Part shown: piece after piece, positions 32,345 to 41,822 of the stretch | Position numbering within the stretch: the stretch's first letter is position 1 | Layout: each line of letters begins with the position of its first letter | Assembly (NCBI GenBank): GCA_943787795.1 | Contig: CALSNU010000001.1 | Location: 288,001 to 352,000, forward strand | Length of the DNA: 64,000 nucleotides | DNA from: an uncultured bacterium | GTDB lineage: Bacteria > Planctomycetota > UBA1135 > GCA-002686595 | Direction: 5' to 3' | Program-made: the position numbers and the translations under genes | Notes under the pieces: generated by a model | Database searches by the model: none | What the model was told of the DNA's origin: nothing | What the model saw: only the letters and a program-made list of their open reading frames with translations

Positions 32345-35300
32345 TCACCGAGGGGGCCGCTGGCCGGGCAGGTTCTGGGAGCCTGGCGTCGGGTTCGCCG
32401 TGGCCGCGAAGTCGCTGCGCCCGTTCGTGGTCCGTGCGAAGCTGTGGTCCCGGCGCAGGTCGGGGATCGAGGTCGAGTCGAAGGGCAGCCCGGAGAGCTC
32501 TCCCGGTCCGAAGAGGCCGAGGAACTCGCCGCTGGCGGACAGTCTGAAGTTGACGTGAGTGGGCCCCTGAGAGCCCTCCTCATCTGCCCAGAACAGCAGG
32601 AATCCACGGGCAGGAATCGTGACGCCGACGGGGATCTCGAACTTGGTCGGGTCGTTCGGGTCGTCCGTCAGGTGGAAGCCTCCGAGGTCCAGCGGCGTAT
32701 CCGTGAGATTCCGCAGCTCGAACCAGTCATCGAAGTCGCCCGCCGCGTCAGCGATCGTGCGGGTGTTGTCGCTCTGCGCCTCGTTGATCCTGACCCGCGT
32801 CCCTGCGCAGTAGGTGCCCGAGAAGGGCGGGCTCCACTCCGATCCCGTCGAAGGCGCGCGCGCGGAGCTGCGAGGTTCCCGCGGGGGAGGATGACCGGTC
32901 CCGTCGCGCGCAGTGGCGACCGGGTTCACGACTCCAAGCGATCCGCGGGGGTCCGATCCGTCGAGCGTGTAGTAGACCGTGCCGGACCCGGAGAGCGTCA
33001 GGCCGGTGCCCGCCCGGTACCTCCCCGGCGCCCTCGACGGGGTGGGGATCGCCGAGATCGAGGGGAAGAGTCGTCGGCGTGGCGGCCGCCAGGAGCTGCT
33101 GGAGGACGCACCTGGCCCGCGGATGGGGAAGTAGTCGTTCAGCAAGCCGGTCCCGCTCAGTCACCCAGTCCGTCAGGTTGTAGCGCCCTGGCGACCTCGA
33201 AGTAGTTGCCCCAGCGGGCGTACTCCATCAGGACGGCGGGGCCCAGCTCCGCCGCGATCGCGGTAGTAGCGGGCCGCGGGGACGTTCCGCTCCGGGAAGG
33301 CGGGGTCGATGACGTTGTCCCCGCTCACGTCGAACCCGGGCTCGACCCAGAAGGTGCCCCGCCCGGCGTGAACATCCGGAGCTGGACCTGGGCTCGATCC
33401 GCGAGCAGCATCCAGATAGTCCGGGGTGGGCGAGGGCCGCCGTGTGAATGAACGCTGCATCGTTCAAGGAGCTGCTGCTCTGGATCCCGGTCCTGTCCCA
33501 GAATCCATCGTTGACGGCCGTAGCGGCGCTACCCCAATAGAGGGTGGCCTCCGCGTCCCAGCTGTGAAAGACGAACCGGCCCTCGGTGTTCACGTCAGAA
33601 GGGTCGCTGGAGTTTCGCGCGTGAGCTGTGGCCATCCAGTTGTTGAAAGGCCAGTCGGTGTTCCCGGCGTACCAGTTCATCAACATGTAGTCCGCGTAGT
33701 TCTCGAGGTCGACTCGCTCTACAAGCGCCTCGAACGCGTCTTCCCCCAAACCACTGTTGCCCGGGTGAGACTCCAGAGATGCAGATGTCGTACACCTCTT
33801 TCCAAAGCCCCGGAGCCGCACTTCCCACAGGGTTGCTGTTCCCGGCGGCTACAACGCCGCGCCGGACCCAGTCGTACTCCTCGGCGTCCCCGCCGCCGTA
33901 GGCGGCAGCGAAGCGCTCGTCCGGTCGCTCGTGCAGGTGGAGCACGCCCCAATACAGGCCATTGAGGTAGAGGTGTACCCAGCGCCCGTGGGGCGAGAGG
34001 TGCCCCATGTCACCGTGGATCGAAGCGGCGAACTCGTCCCGCGTCTCTTGGGCGTGAATCTTCGTCGTCGATCCCGCCGGTGCGTTGATGGAGAGCTGCG
34101 TGCCGCAGTCGAGGATGAGGTAGTCAAAGCGATCCAGCGGCGAGTTGTCGAAGACCTTGTACTCGAGTTTCGATGGGCCGAACTCCGCCTTGAACTTCAG
34201 GGCCATGGACAGCTGGCTGCGGTTGTTGGCGCTAGTGTTGGTGCCTCCCTGAATCCCGACTCCGCAATCGATCTGGAACTCAAGGCCACTCTGAGGGTCT
34301 AGCCACTCGACAGAACACGGCCGTGTCCAGGACTCACCTTCCTCGGAGGAGTTGGCGTAGATACCCACTCGACCAGAGGGAGCCATGAATCCGAAGAGGT
34401 CATCCGGGTGCAACTGGAGCGAGATTGAAGGAAGAGCTCCGAGGCTCTCTTGAACTTGCTCCGGGGTATAGGGGGCCGTGACGAGACTGTCGAGTCCGTA
34501 CCAAGCTCCCGGCCGTGTGCCGCCCCGGTCCCAGTTCGCACCGGACTGGTCGATCCACTCCGCAGGGAGATTGCGCCCGAGCGCTGTGTTGATCGTCTGG
34601 TCTTCCACTGACGCCGGAAAGATCCAGCTCCCGGTGGTTACGGGCGAGGGTAGAGAGCCTGCTTCGAAGGCACGGGCCCTCAGCGTCGTCGTACCGGCGA
34701 TCTGCAGTGGCCCGGTGTAGATCGCATCCTGGTTGGAGGGCTCTCTACCGTCGAGCGTGTAGCGGATGGTGGAGGCGGGGCTCGCGTGCTGCAGGCCCAG
34801 GACCAGAGGATCCGATTCAAGCCCCGGCGGAATTGAGAAGGTCACTGGCGCCAGGATGGAGCCGCCGCCAACCCCGTTTGCGGCACCGGGGGTGGGGGGG
34901 TCGAAGAAGGAGAGCGTGACGAGGTCGCTCTCGTACCCGTACGAGATGTCGGCTGTCTGGGCCGGGTAGGCCGGGGTGAATCGCGTAGAGGCCAGGCCCG
35001 CTGGGCTCACGAGCGCGAGGTACTCACCGCCTGTGGAGAGACGGAAGTTGGTGTGAAGCGGCTGCCCGGCCACTGTGCGATCCTTGTCAGAGGCGAACAC
35101 CACCACGTAGCCGCCAGGGGGAAGGACCTCGGCCGGGAGGGCCCACTTCGAGGGATCTCCCGCGTCATCGGTGAGGCGCCAGCCACCGAGGTCTACCGGG
35201 ACAGCTGAAGGGTTGTGGATCTCAATCCAATCCGAGCGGTCCCCGTCCTCGTCTCTGATCCCACCCTCGTTGTTCGCAAGGAACTCGGTGAGGATCGGTT

Positions 35301-35379
35301 GCTGCGCAGAGACAGAACCAGGAGTGCTGGCAAGGGCTACGAGTCCGGCAATGATTGCGTGGGAGCGCAGGAGTAGCAC
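32345..35379 (-). CDS. Secreted LTD / FN3-chitobiase / CotH kinase / LTD protein with many single-base insertions
   Basis: SDWIEIHN (LTD), IRYTLDGREP, HLYLNGLYWGVLHLHERPD, GNTDWPFNNW, SWDAE, EYARWG, VYYTLDGSDPR, DDWFELRN, found across ORFs 33595..35379, 33228..33821, 33173..33460 and 32345..33145. Confidence 0.8.
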
Positions 35380-35431
35380 GACAGTGAAATCGGGTGGGGC
35401 CTGGAGAGAAAACGAGACGCCGGCTTGGGAC

Positions 35432-35480
35432 GTTGTTAAAAGCCCGTTGCCTCAATTCAATATACAGATAAAAATAGACG
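35432..35480. promoter_or_regulatory. AT-rich divergent promoter region between the CotH and VTC operons
   Basis: ttgttaaaa...ttgcctcaattcaatatacagataaaaat is strikingly AT-rich for this window. TTGCCT-16 bp-TAAAAA faces the VTC gene. Confidence 0.55.
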
Positions 35481-35510
35481 CTCGGCTTCCGACCATGGAG
35501 CCGCGCCGCT

Positions 35511-36308
35511 ATGTCCCAAAACGACCGCACTCTCACCTCTCGATACGAGTGGAAGTACTTCGTCCCGGCGAGCATTCTGCCGTCGATTCGAGCCATGGTG
35601 CAGCCGTTTGTGAGGCCGGATCACTTCGCGCGCCAACACGCTGACCGGCGCTACCCCATCGTCAGCCTCTACCTCGATGGGGACGGGCTGGAGCTGTATC
35701 GGACGACGGTCGAGGGGCACCGCAACCGCTTCAAGCTCCGGGTGCGCGCCTACGACGATGACCCCAACTCGCCGGTCTTCCTCGAGGTCAAGAAGCGCTC
35801 GAACGTGGTGGTCCGCAAGACCCGCGCGAGGGTCTCGCGCGAGGTCGCGGAGGCGGTGCTCAGCGGTCGCCCCGCGCCCCTTTCGGAGGTGGAGGGGGCC
35901 AGCGAGTTCGCCCTGCGGCTTGGCGACCTCGGTGCCCGCCCCCTGGTCCGCGTGCGCTACATGCGGGAGGCCTACGAGTCAGTCCACGGTGATCCGGTCC
36001 GGTTCACGATCGACACCGAGGTCGAGCACGCCATGACCGCGACGAACAACCTCGCGCTCGAGGCGCACCGCGACTGGGAGAAGACCCCGACCGAGGGTGC
36101 CATCGTCGAGCTGAAGTTCTCCGAGCAGTGTCCGTCGTGGGCGACGCGGCTCATCGATCAGCTGGAGATCAACCGGGAGTCGATCCCGAAGTACGTGCTC
36201 TCGCTGGATCATGCGATGGAGCAGGGGCGGCTGTCTCGCCCTCGCCGAACGCAGCTACGACATGCTCTGAGCGAGGCGCGCCGGCCCCTCCGACTCCCCA
36301 ATGCCTGA
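35511..36308 (+). CDS. VTC-domain (polyphosphate polymerase-like, CYTH/TTM fold) protein
   Basis: RYEWKY, SLYLD, RFKLRVRAY, FLEVKKR, YMREAY, RFTID, IVELKF, PKY. Confidence 0.9.
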   Translation: MSQNDRTLTSRYEWKYFVPASILPSIRAMVQPFVRPDHFARQHADRRYPIVSLYLDGDGLELYRTTVEGHRNRFKLRVRAYDDDPNSPVFLEVKKRSNVVVRKTRARVSREVAEAVLSGRPAPLSEVEGASEFALRLGDLGARPLVRVRYMREAYESVHGDPVRFTIDTEVEHAMTATNNLALEAHRDWEKTPTEGAIVELKFSEQCPSWATRLIDQLEINRESIPKYVLSLDHAMEQGRLSRPRRTQLRHALSEARRPLRLPNA

Positions 36309-37017
36309 GCTCCGTTCGGCCATCGATAGCCTCGTCGCGGGCGGGAGCGCGGGGTCCGCGGGCGTGTCCGCCCTGCTCGCTTCCCTGATGATCGCGGCCT
36401 TCATCGGTCTGGCGGTGGCCTGGGTCTATCAACGCACGCACCACGGGCTCTCGTACTCCCGCGGCTTCACCCAGTCGCTGGTGGTCCTGACCATGGGCGC
36501 GACGCTGCTGATCTTCGTGATCGGTGACAGCTTGGTGACCGCCTTCGGGTTGCTGGGTGCGCTCGCGATCGTCCGCTTCCGCAACGTCCTCAAGGACACC
36601 CGGGACACGGTCTTCGTGTTCTTCTCGCTTGTGCTCGGGATGGCGGCCGGCACCCAGCGCTACGGCATCGCGCTCGTGGGCGGTGCGGTGCTCATGTCGG
36701 TGGTGACTTACCTGCACCTCGTGGCCTTCGGGTCGAAGACCCGCTTTGACGGCCACGTCACCTACGCGGTGAAGCGAGGTGAAGGTGGTGGTGAGGATTG
36801 GAAGGCGGCGCTCGCGCGGATTGATGAGGTCCTCGGGCGATTCTGCCGTGGCATCGAGATGATGACCTCCCATGACTCGGACGAGAGTGTGGAGGTGGTC
36901 TCGGCGGTGAGGCTGCGTGACCCCGAGCGCGGGAGCGAGATGATCGAGTACCTTCGTGCCACGCCCGGCGTGGTCGAGGCTAGCCTCGTGCTCCGTGACC
37001 GCTACGCCGAGCTCTGA
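36301..37017 (+). CDS. DUF4956 family membrane protein
   Basis: SYSRGFTQSL, AFGLLGALAIVRFR..LKDTRD, GMAAG; about four TM helices plus a soluble C-terminal domain; overlaps the VTC gene. Confidence 0.88.
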   Translation: MPELRSAIDSLVAGGSAGSAGVSALLASLMIAAFIGLAVAWVYQRTHHGLSYSRGFTQSLVVLTMGATLLIFVIGDSLVTAFGLLGALAIVRFRNVLKDTRDTVFVFFSLVLGMAAGTQRYGIALVGGAVLMSVVTYLHLVAFGSKTRFDGHVTYAVKRGEGGGEDWKAALARIDEVLGRFCRGIEMMTSHDSDESVEVVSAVRLRDPERGSEMIEYLRATPGVVEASLVLRDRYAEL

Positions 37018-37029
37018 TCACTCGACGCC

Positions 37030-38325
37030 ATGGAGATCCAGGAGCCACCGTCCGCCGACCAGGCGATGCCGCCGCTGCCGAAGCGTGTCCCCACGCCCAT
37101 CGGACTTCGACTGCGGGACTTCATGCGAGGCCCCGGACAGTTCTTCGTCTGGATCGGGCTGGGTCTGGCCGGGCTGTGGGCCGCTGGAACGGCGGCGCCC
37201 ACGCCGCAGCTCGTCGGCATCGTGAAGTCCACGGAGGTGGCCCACGCCTTCTCTCAGCCAGGACGGGTCGCGTCGGTCGCCGTGCAGGAGGGCGACGTCG
37301 TGGGCCTGGGCGATACGATCGCGCGGCTCGAGAGCGCGCCGCTGGAGGCCCAGCTGGAGGTCGCTGGAGGGCAGCTCGCGGCGGTGCTGGCGGATGTCAC
37401 CTCACTCGCGGCGTCCCAGACCCTCGCCAGCGCCGAGCGCCTGCTGGCGAACGGCGACAACACCACCACGCTGACCCAGGACGGCGAGGCCAACCGCAGC
37501 CGGGTCAGGGACGAGGTGTGGCGGCTCCAGATTGAGGCCCGGGACCGCCGGCTCGCGATCCTCGCCCTTGAGGTCGAGATCGAGCGTGACCTGCTCAAGG
37601 CCGACCAGGTCCGGGTGCAGGCCGAGCGTCTCACGCCTCTGGTGGATCAAGGGTTCGGCCGCGCCGCCGAGCAGCAGGACTTCGAGCTGGCGGAGCGCAC
37701 CCTGCTTGGACAGGTGGCGGCCAACCGCAACCTGCTCAGCGCCCAGGAGGAGGAGCGCGCCGCCGCCGATGCCAGCCTCGAGCGGGCCCGCGCGATCCTC
37801 GAGGGGCTCCAGGCGCCGACGCCGTCGGTCGCGGCCCGTGAGGCGGTGGAGCTCGCGGCGCGTGCCGCCGACGACGCGGCGATCGCCGCGCTGCAGCAGC
37901 GCGTGGACGTCCGCCGGGCCGAGCTCGGGGCGCTGCGGCTCGAGCAGGCGGGCCTGACCCTCACGGCGACCATCGCGGGCCGAGTCGGGCTCGTGGAGGC
38001 ACACCCCGGCCAAGCGCTCCTCGCGGGCGCGCTGGTCGCGCGGATTGAAGCCGGCGACGCGCGCAACGTGACGGTCTTCCTCCCCGAACCCATGGCTGCA
38101 GAGGGCGAGGCGCCGGAGGTGGTGCTGCTCTCACGCCGCGCATCCCCGGCTGAGCTCGCGGCGGCGGAGGTGGTCGGGTATGGCCGCGGTGTCGAGGAGC
38201 TCCCGGTTCGCCTGTGGCGCCAGCCTCAGGTCCCGGAGTACGGGCGCACGCTGATCGTGCGTCCGCCGGAGTCCCTGGCGTTGGTGCCCGGCGAGGTGCT
38301 GGGCGTCCGCCTCGAGCGGCCCTGA
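37030..38325 (+). CDS. HlyD-family membrane fusion (periplasmic adaptor) protein
   Basis: N-terminal TM; lipoyl halves GRVASVAVQEGDVV..GD.IARL and LTATIAGRV...GQ around a long coiled coil; ends LVPGE. Confidence 0.8.
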   Translation: MEIQEPPSADQAMPPLPKRVPTPIGLRLRDFMRGPGQFFVWIGLGLAGLWAAGTAAPTPQLVGIVKSTEVAHAFSQPGRVASVAVQEGDVVGLGDTIARLESAPLEAQLEVAGGQLAAVLADVTSLAASQTLASAERLLANGDNTTTLTQDGEANRSRVRDEVWRLQIEARDRRLAILALEVEIERDLLKADQVRVQAERLTPLVDQGFGRAAEQQDFELAERTLLGQVAANRNLLSAQEEERAAADASLERARAILEGLQAPTPSVAAREAVELAARAADDAAIAALQQRVDVRRAELGALRLEQAGLTLTATIAGRVGLVEAHPGQALLAGALVARIEAGDARNVTVFLPEPMAAEGEAPEVVLLSRRASPAELAAAEVVGYGRGVEELPVRLWRQPQVPEYGRTLIVRPPESLALVPGEVLGVRLERP

Positions 38326-38414
38326 GCGGCCGCCCCGGCGCTCCCCCGGCCCCAAGGCGGCTCCTCCGTTGCGCAGCGGCGCGGCCTCGCCGCAGAAGCG
38401 CTCTGAGGGCGTGC

Positions 38415-38504
38415 CAGCCGCGGCGATATCAGCCGCCGCAGTCTCAGCCGCCGCAGTGTCAGCCGCCGCAGTGTCAGCCGCCGCAATCTCAGCCGCCGCA
38501 GCCC
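38415..38504. repeat. Intergenic tandem repeat, 6 x 15 bp (cagccgccgcagtgt)
   Basis: Units at 38415, 38430, 38445, 38460, 38475 and 38490, between convergent genes. Confidence 0.9.
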
Positions 38505-38531
38505 GGCCGTGAGGCCCGCGGCGGGCGCGGC

Positions 38532-39338
38532 TCAGTGCGCTTCCGGCGAGGAGGGCCCGCTGCCGAGGCGTCGGTAGCTCATTGGATCGGCACGCAGGAC
38601 CTCGAGGTCGCCGAGCCGCGACAGGGTGCCTGAGATCTCCACCGGCTCGGCGACCATGTGGAGGATGCGGTCGTTGACCGCGCCGCCGTCCGCGTCGACC
38701 AGCAGGACATACCTGGCGGTCCCGTCGGGTCGTCGGACCATCAGCACCGGCGGCACCCCGCCGCTGATGCAGCGCGTGGCGCAGGCCCGGTGCACCTTGA
38801 GGTTCCCGGGCTTCATGACGCCGAGGTAGCACTTCGAGTCGACGATCTCGCCCCGCAGAGTGGCGGCCGTCGTGGTCAGCGGCGTGGGGTCGGCGAGGAC
38901 CGCCTCACCGAGATCCACCAGGGACTCGGGGAGGAGCTCGACCATCGTGACCCCGTCGCGGTCGATCAGCGTCCCCGTGAGGCGGACGCGATGGCCAGCG
39001 AGGTGACCCACGGCGGAGTCAGCCCCACGCTTGCCGAAGACGGTGAGGAGCCAGCGGGAGGTGGGGGCGACCTGAGTGCGCTCGGCGCCCGGCCGGTCGA
39101 CGATGAGCATCGGGTAGGGGGAGAGCTCGACCTGGCCCTCGAAGGACCGCTCCACCCCGAACTCGAACCTCGACGCGCCGAAGGGGGCCTGGGTCGCCGC
39201 GATCACTGACGCGAGGCCCAGGGAGATCAGGAGCACGGCGATCACGCGCCCGCGAACGAAGCGCGCCAGCCCCGGCGCCGCCTTGCCTTGCCAGCCGATA
39301 TAGAAGGCCTCGGCGTTGGTCTCGGGTGACTCGCTCAT
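38532..39338 (-). CDS. Membrane-anchored hypothetical protein with a Cys/His motif
   Basis: FYIGW, one TM helix, then GEIVDSKCYLGVMKPG..KVHRACATRCISGG. Confidence 0.75.
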   Translation of the reverse strand: MSESPETNAEAFYIGWQGKAAPGLARFVRGRVIAVLLISLGLASVIAATQAPFGASRFEFGVERSFEGQVELSPYPMLIVDRPGAERTQVAPTSRWLLTVFGKRGADSAVGHLAGHRVRLTGTLIDRDGVTMVELLPESLVDLGEAVLADPTPLTTTAATLRGEIVDSKCYLGVMKPGNLKVHRACATRCISGGVPPVLMVRRPDGTARYVLLVDADGGAVNDRILHMVAEPVEISGTLSRLGDLEVLRADPMSYRRLGSGPSSPEAH

Positions 39339-39342
39339 GGGA

Positions 39343-40407
39343 TCAGGCCGGGACCGAGCCGGCCGGGGTGATGGAGACGGGATCGGTCTCGGTGCCCAGG
39401 GGCAGCGGCCGTGGGTCGAGCAGCACGCGTCCGTCCTGGATTCGAAGTTTGAAGGTCGGCACGCGCTCGTCGAAGGGCTCGGGGGAGGTGCCGCACTTCG
39501 GTCGGTACTGGAACCCGTGCCACGGGCACACCACGAGGCCGTCGACCACGCGCCCCTCGCCGAGGGGGCCATTCTGGTGCTGGCAGACGCTGGAGAGCGC
39601 GGATAGATGGCCCTTGGATCGGAAGATCGCGACGCGGTCACCGGCGGCGACCACGACCTTGGCTCGGCCTTCGGGGATCTCGTCCACGCCACAGGCGTCC
39701 ACCCATCTCTCCTCTTGGAGGGCGCCTTCATCATTGTCCCGGTGATCGCGGCTGGCCTCGGTACGGGCGGCGAGCACGTGCAGGGTGCCGAGCCAGGCGG
39801 CTCCCAGGGCAAGCGCGGCGGGGGTGGCCATCCCGGAGTGGGTCTGGAGGGAGCCGAGGGCCACGTGCAGGAGGATCAGGGCGTAGGCCACGTAGACCAG
39901 CATGTGCAGGGCCTTCCAGGTCGGCGCCGACAGGTTCCGCAGCCAGAAGTCATGGCTCGTCGCGGCCATGATCACGAGGATCACCAGGGCCATGGCACCC
40001 AGTGGCTGGAAGGGGAACTGGGCGACGCTGTCCACGCGGGTGTTCGAAGTGAACAGGCTCACGATCGGGTTCACGTCGCCGAAGGCGTGGAACTGGAGCG
40101 TGGAGAAGCCGCCGTGCAGGAAGGCGAGGGTCGCCATCGTCACGCCCAGGTGCCTGCGGTTGTAGAGCAGCGGCAGCCACCTGGGATCACGGCGCGCGAG
40201 CGGCCCGATGCTGAGGATGATGTGCAGCAGCACGAGCGCCGAGGTACCGAGCCCGCGGATCAGCAGGGTCTCGACCGTGGCCTCGGGGTGAACCGCCGCT
40301 GACACGGCGATGAAGGACACGAGATAGAGGATCACGCCGCCGACGATGAGCCGGTCGTAGAGCTTCTTCTGCGGGTTCCACTGAACGGCCTGGTAGGTGT
40401 GCCCCAT
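39343..40407 (-). CDS. Ferric-reductase-like (MsrQ-type) cytochrome b fused to a C-terminal Rieske [2Fe-2S] domain
   Basis: RRHLGV, FLHG, WKALHMLVY, LLHV (haem His candidates); CQHQNGPL...CPWHG. Confidence 0.88.
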   Translation of the reverse strand: MGHTYQAVQWNPQKKLYDRLIVGGVILYLVSFIAVSAAVHPEATVETLLIRGLGTSALVLLHIILSIGPLARRDPRWLPLLYNRRHLGVTMATLAFLHGGFSTLQFHAFGDVNPIVSLFTSNTRVDSVAQFPFQPLGAMALVILVIMAATSHDFWLRNLSAPTWKALHMLVYVAYALILLHVALGSLQTHSGMATPAALALGAAWLGTLHVLAARTEASRDHRDNDEGALQEERWVDACGVDEIPEGRAKVVVAAGDRVAIFRSKGHLSALSSVCQHQNGPLGEGRVVDGLVVCPWHGFQYRPKCGTSPEPFDERVPTFKLRIQDGRVLLDPRPLPLGTETDPVSITPAGSVPA

Positions 40408-40409
40408 GG

Positions 40410-40901
40410 TCAGCGTCCCTCCGCCGTCGATGCGGCCAGTGCGAGGCTGCCAAGGACACGCTGTTGACCGAGGCTGAAGATGATCAGCTGCGTCCCGTGC
40501 GGGGCCGCCAGCGTGAGCTTGCTGGCTCCGAGGGGCGCCACCGAGCCGAGGAGTCGGGCGTCGGCCGGGAGGGCGGGGTCCTGTGATCCAGGCAGGGCGA
40601 GCGCCGCGGAGCTGGTATAGGCGAGGATGTCCGCCGCCTCGAGGCGCGTCCCGGCCATGAGCCACAGGACCTGCCGCCCATCCTGAAGGGGGAGCAGCGC
40701 GGCGCGCAGGCCATCAACGCCCGGGACGGGTCTTGCTGCGGAGGTCGCGTCCGGGGGCGCAGCGAGCACAGAGTCCCGACCGCCTCCAGCGTCCACGAAC
40801 GCGTCGGGTTGGACCCATACGCCAACCATGACGCTGGCGACCGCGGCGGCGAAGCTCGCCGGAGCCAGCCAGCGGTGGCGGCGGCGGAGGGGCTCGATCA
40901 T
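40410..40901 (-). CDS. Hypothetical membrane-anchored protein
   Basis: MIEPLRRRHR followed by a TM helix; ATGA-coupled to the upstream gene; ARLLG and LIIFSL motifs. Confidence 0.65.
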   Translation of the reverse strand: MIEPLRRRHRWLAPASFAAAVASVMVGVWVQPDAFVDAGGGRDSVLAAPPDATSAARPVPGVDGLRAALLPLQDGRQVLWLMAGTRLEAADILAYTSSAALALPGSQDPALPADARLLGSVAPLGASKLTLAAPHGTQLIIFSLGQQRVLGSLALAASTAEGR

Positions 40902-41164
40902 GCCTCGGCCTCCACCTTGCGCTGTGCCGCGCACTTGTGGGGCGTTCGCTCCTCCGAGGGCTGGGCGCCGTTCGCCCAGCGACGGGCGAGGATCGGCCAC
41001 AGCAGCGCGGCCCCAGGCATCACGAGCAGGCGAAAGCCCCACGTGGCGCCCCTTGCGTCGGGGTCGATCTTCCCGGCACCCACAAGCGCAAAGGGGATCG
41101 CGAAGGCCGCGCCGAGGGCCAGATAGAGGCCAGTGACGGATACGAGGACTTCGACGGTGGTCAT
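40898..41164 (-). CDS. Small two-TM hypothetical protein
   Basis: YLALGAAFAIPF...KIDPDARGATWGFRLLVMPG..LLWP; first gene of a tightly coupled four-gene run. Confidence 0.7.
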   Translation of the reverse strand: MTTVEVLVSVTGLYLALGAAFAIPFALVGAGKIDPDARGATWGFRLLVMPGAALLWPILARRWANGAQPSEERTPHKCAAQRKVEAEA

Positions 41165-41822
41165 GGCCAGACGAGGGGGTCAAGTCGGCGGGAAGGAGTC
41201 GAGGAGTGTAGGGGGCCGGCCCGGGCGCTGGAAAGACCGACCGGGCGGTCGTTGTCGACGTCGCCCTACGCCGCCGTCGCGGCACGCTGGTGGCTCCGGG
41301 ATTTCGGCCCCGGTGGATACCTCCAGGGGGCCGAGGTCACCCTCTCAGGCCGTCGACGGACCTCGTGTCCGGTCGGCCGGCGCCTCCGCCCTCGTGATCT
41401 CCCCGGACGGCGCAGCCCAATTCGAAGGCCAGCGGCCATGAGGCGGGGGGGGGGCGAGGAGCACTCCGAGGATCAGCGCTCGAAGGAGGCGGCGGCTCTC
41501 GCGCGTGGGGTCAGCGGACCTCAGGTCCGGATCGTAGCGGGAGGAGCTCTGCGTCCCGCGCGGCCGAGGTCCAATCAGCCGAGGCGCTCAGCGCTGGCGA
41601 GCGCCTGGTGGGGAACGAACAGCGACCCCCTTCACCTGCCTGTTGTTCAAAGAAATTGAGGGCTGAATCGGTGCAGGTGTGGGAGCCGTCGTTCAACACG
41701 AGGAGCCGTGCGGCGAACGGGAGCGAACGCAGATACGAGACTTCCTGCCCATCGAGCGCTCCCGCAGCCTCCATCCGGATTCCTGTCGCAAGCCCCGCCA
41801 AGGCTGGAGCGGGTCGCGGCAC

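Noticed and set aside
32056..32607. Fusion of the two CotH genes into one ORF, as suggested by ORF 29971..32607
   Set aside because: The downstream gene has its own ATG and signal peptide at 32055, and the linker translation looks non-coding. The exact 3' end of the upstream gene remains uncertain.
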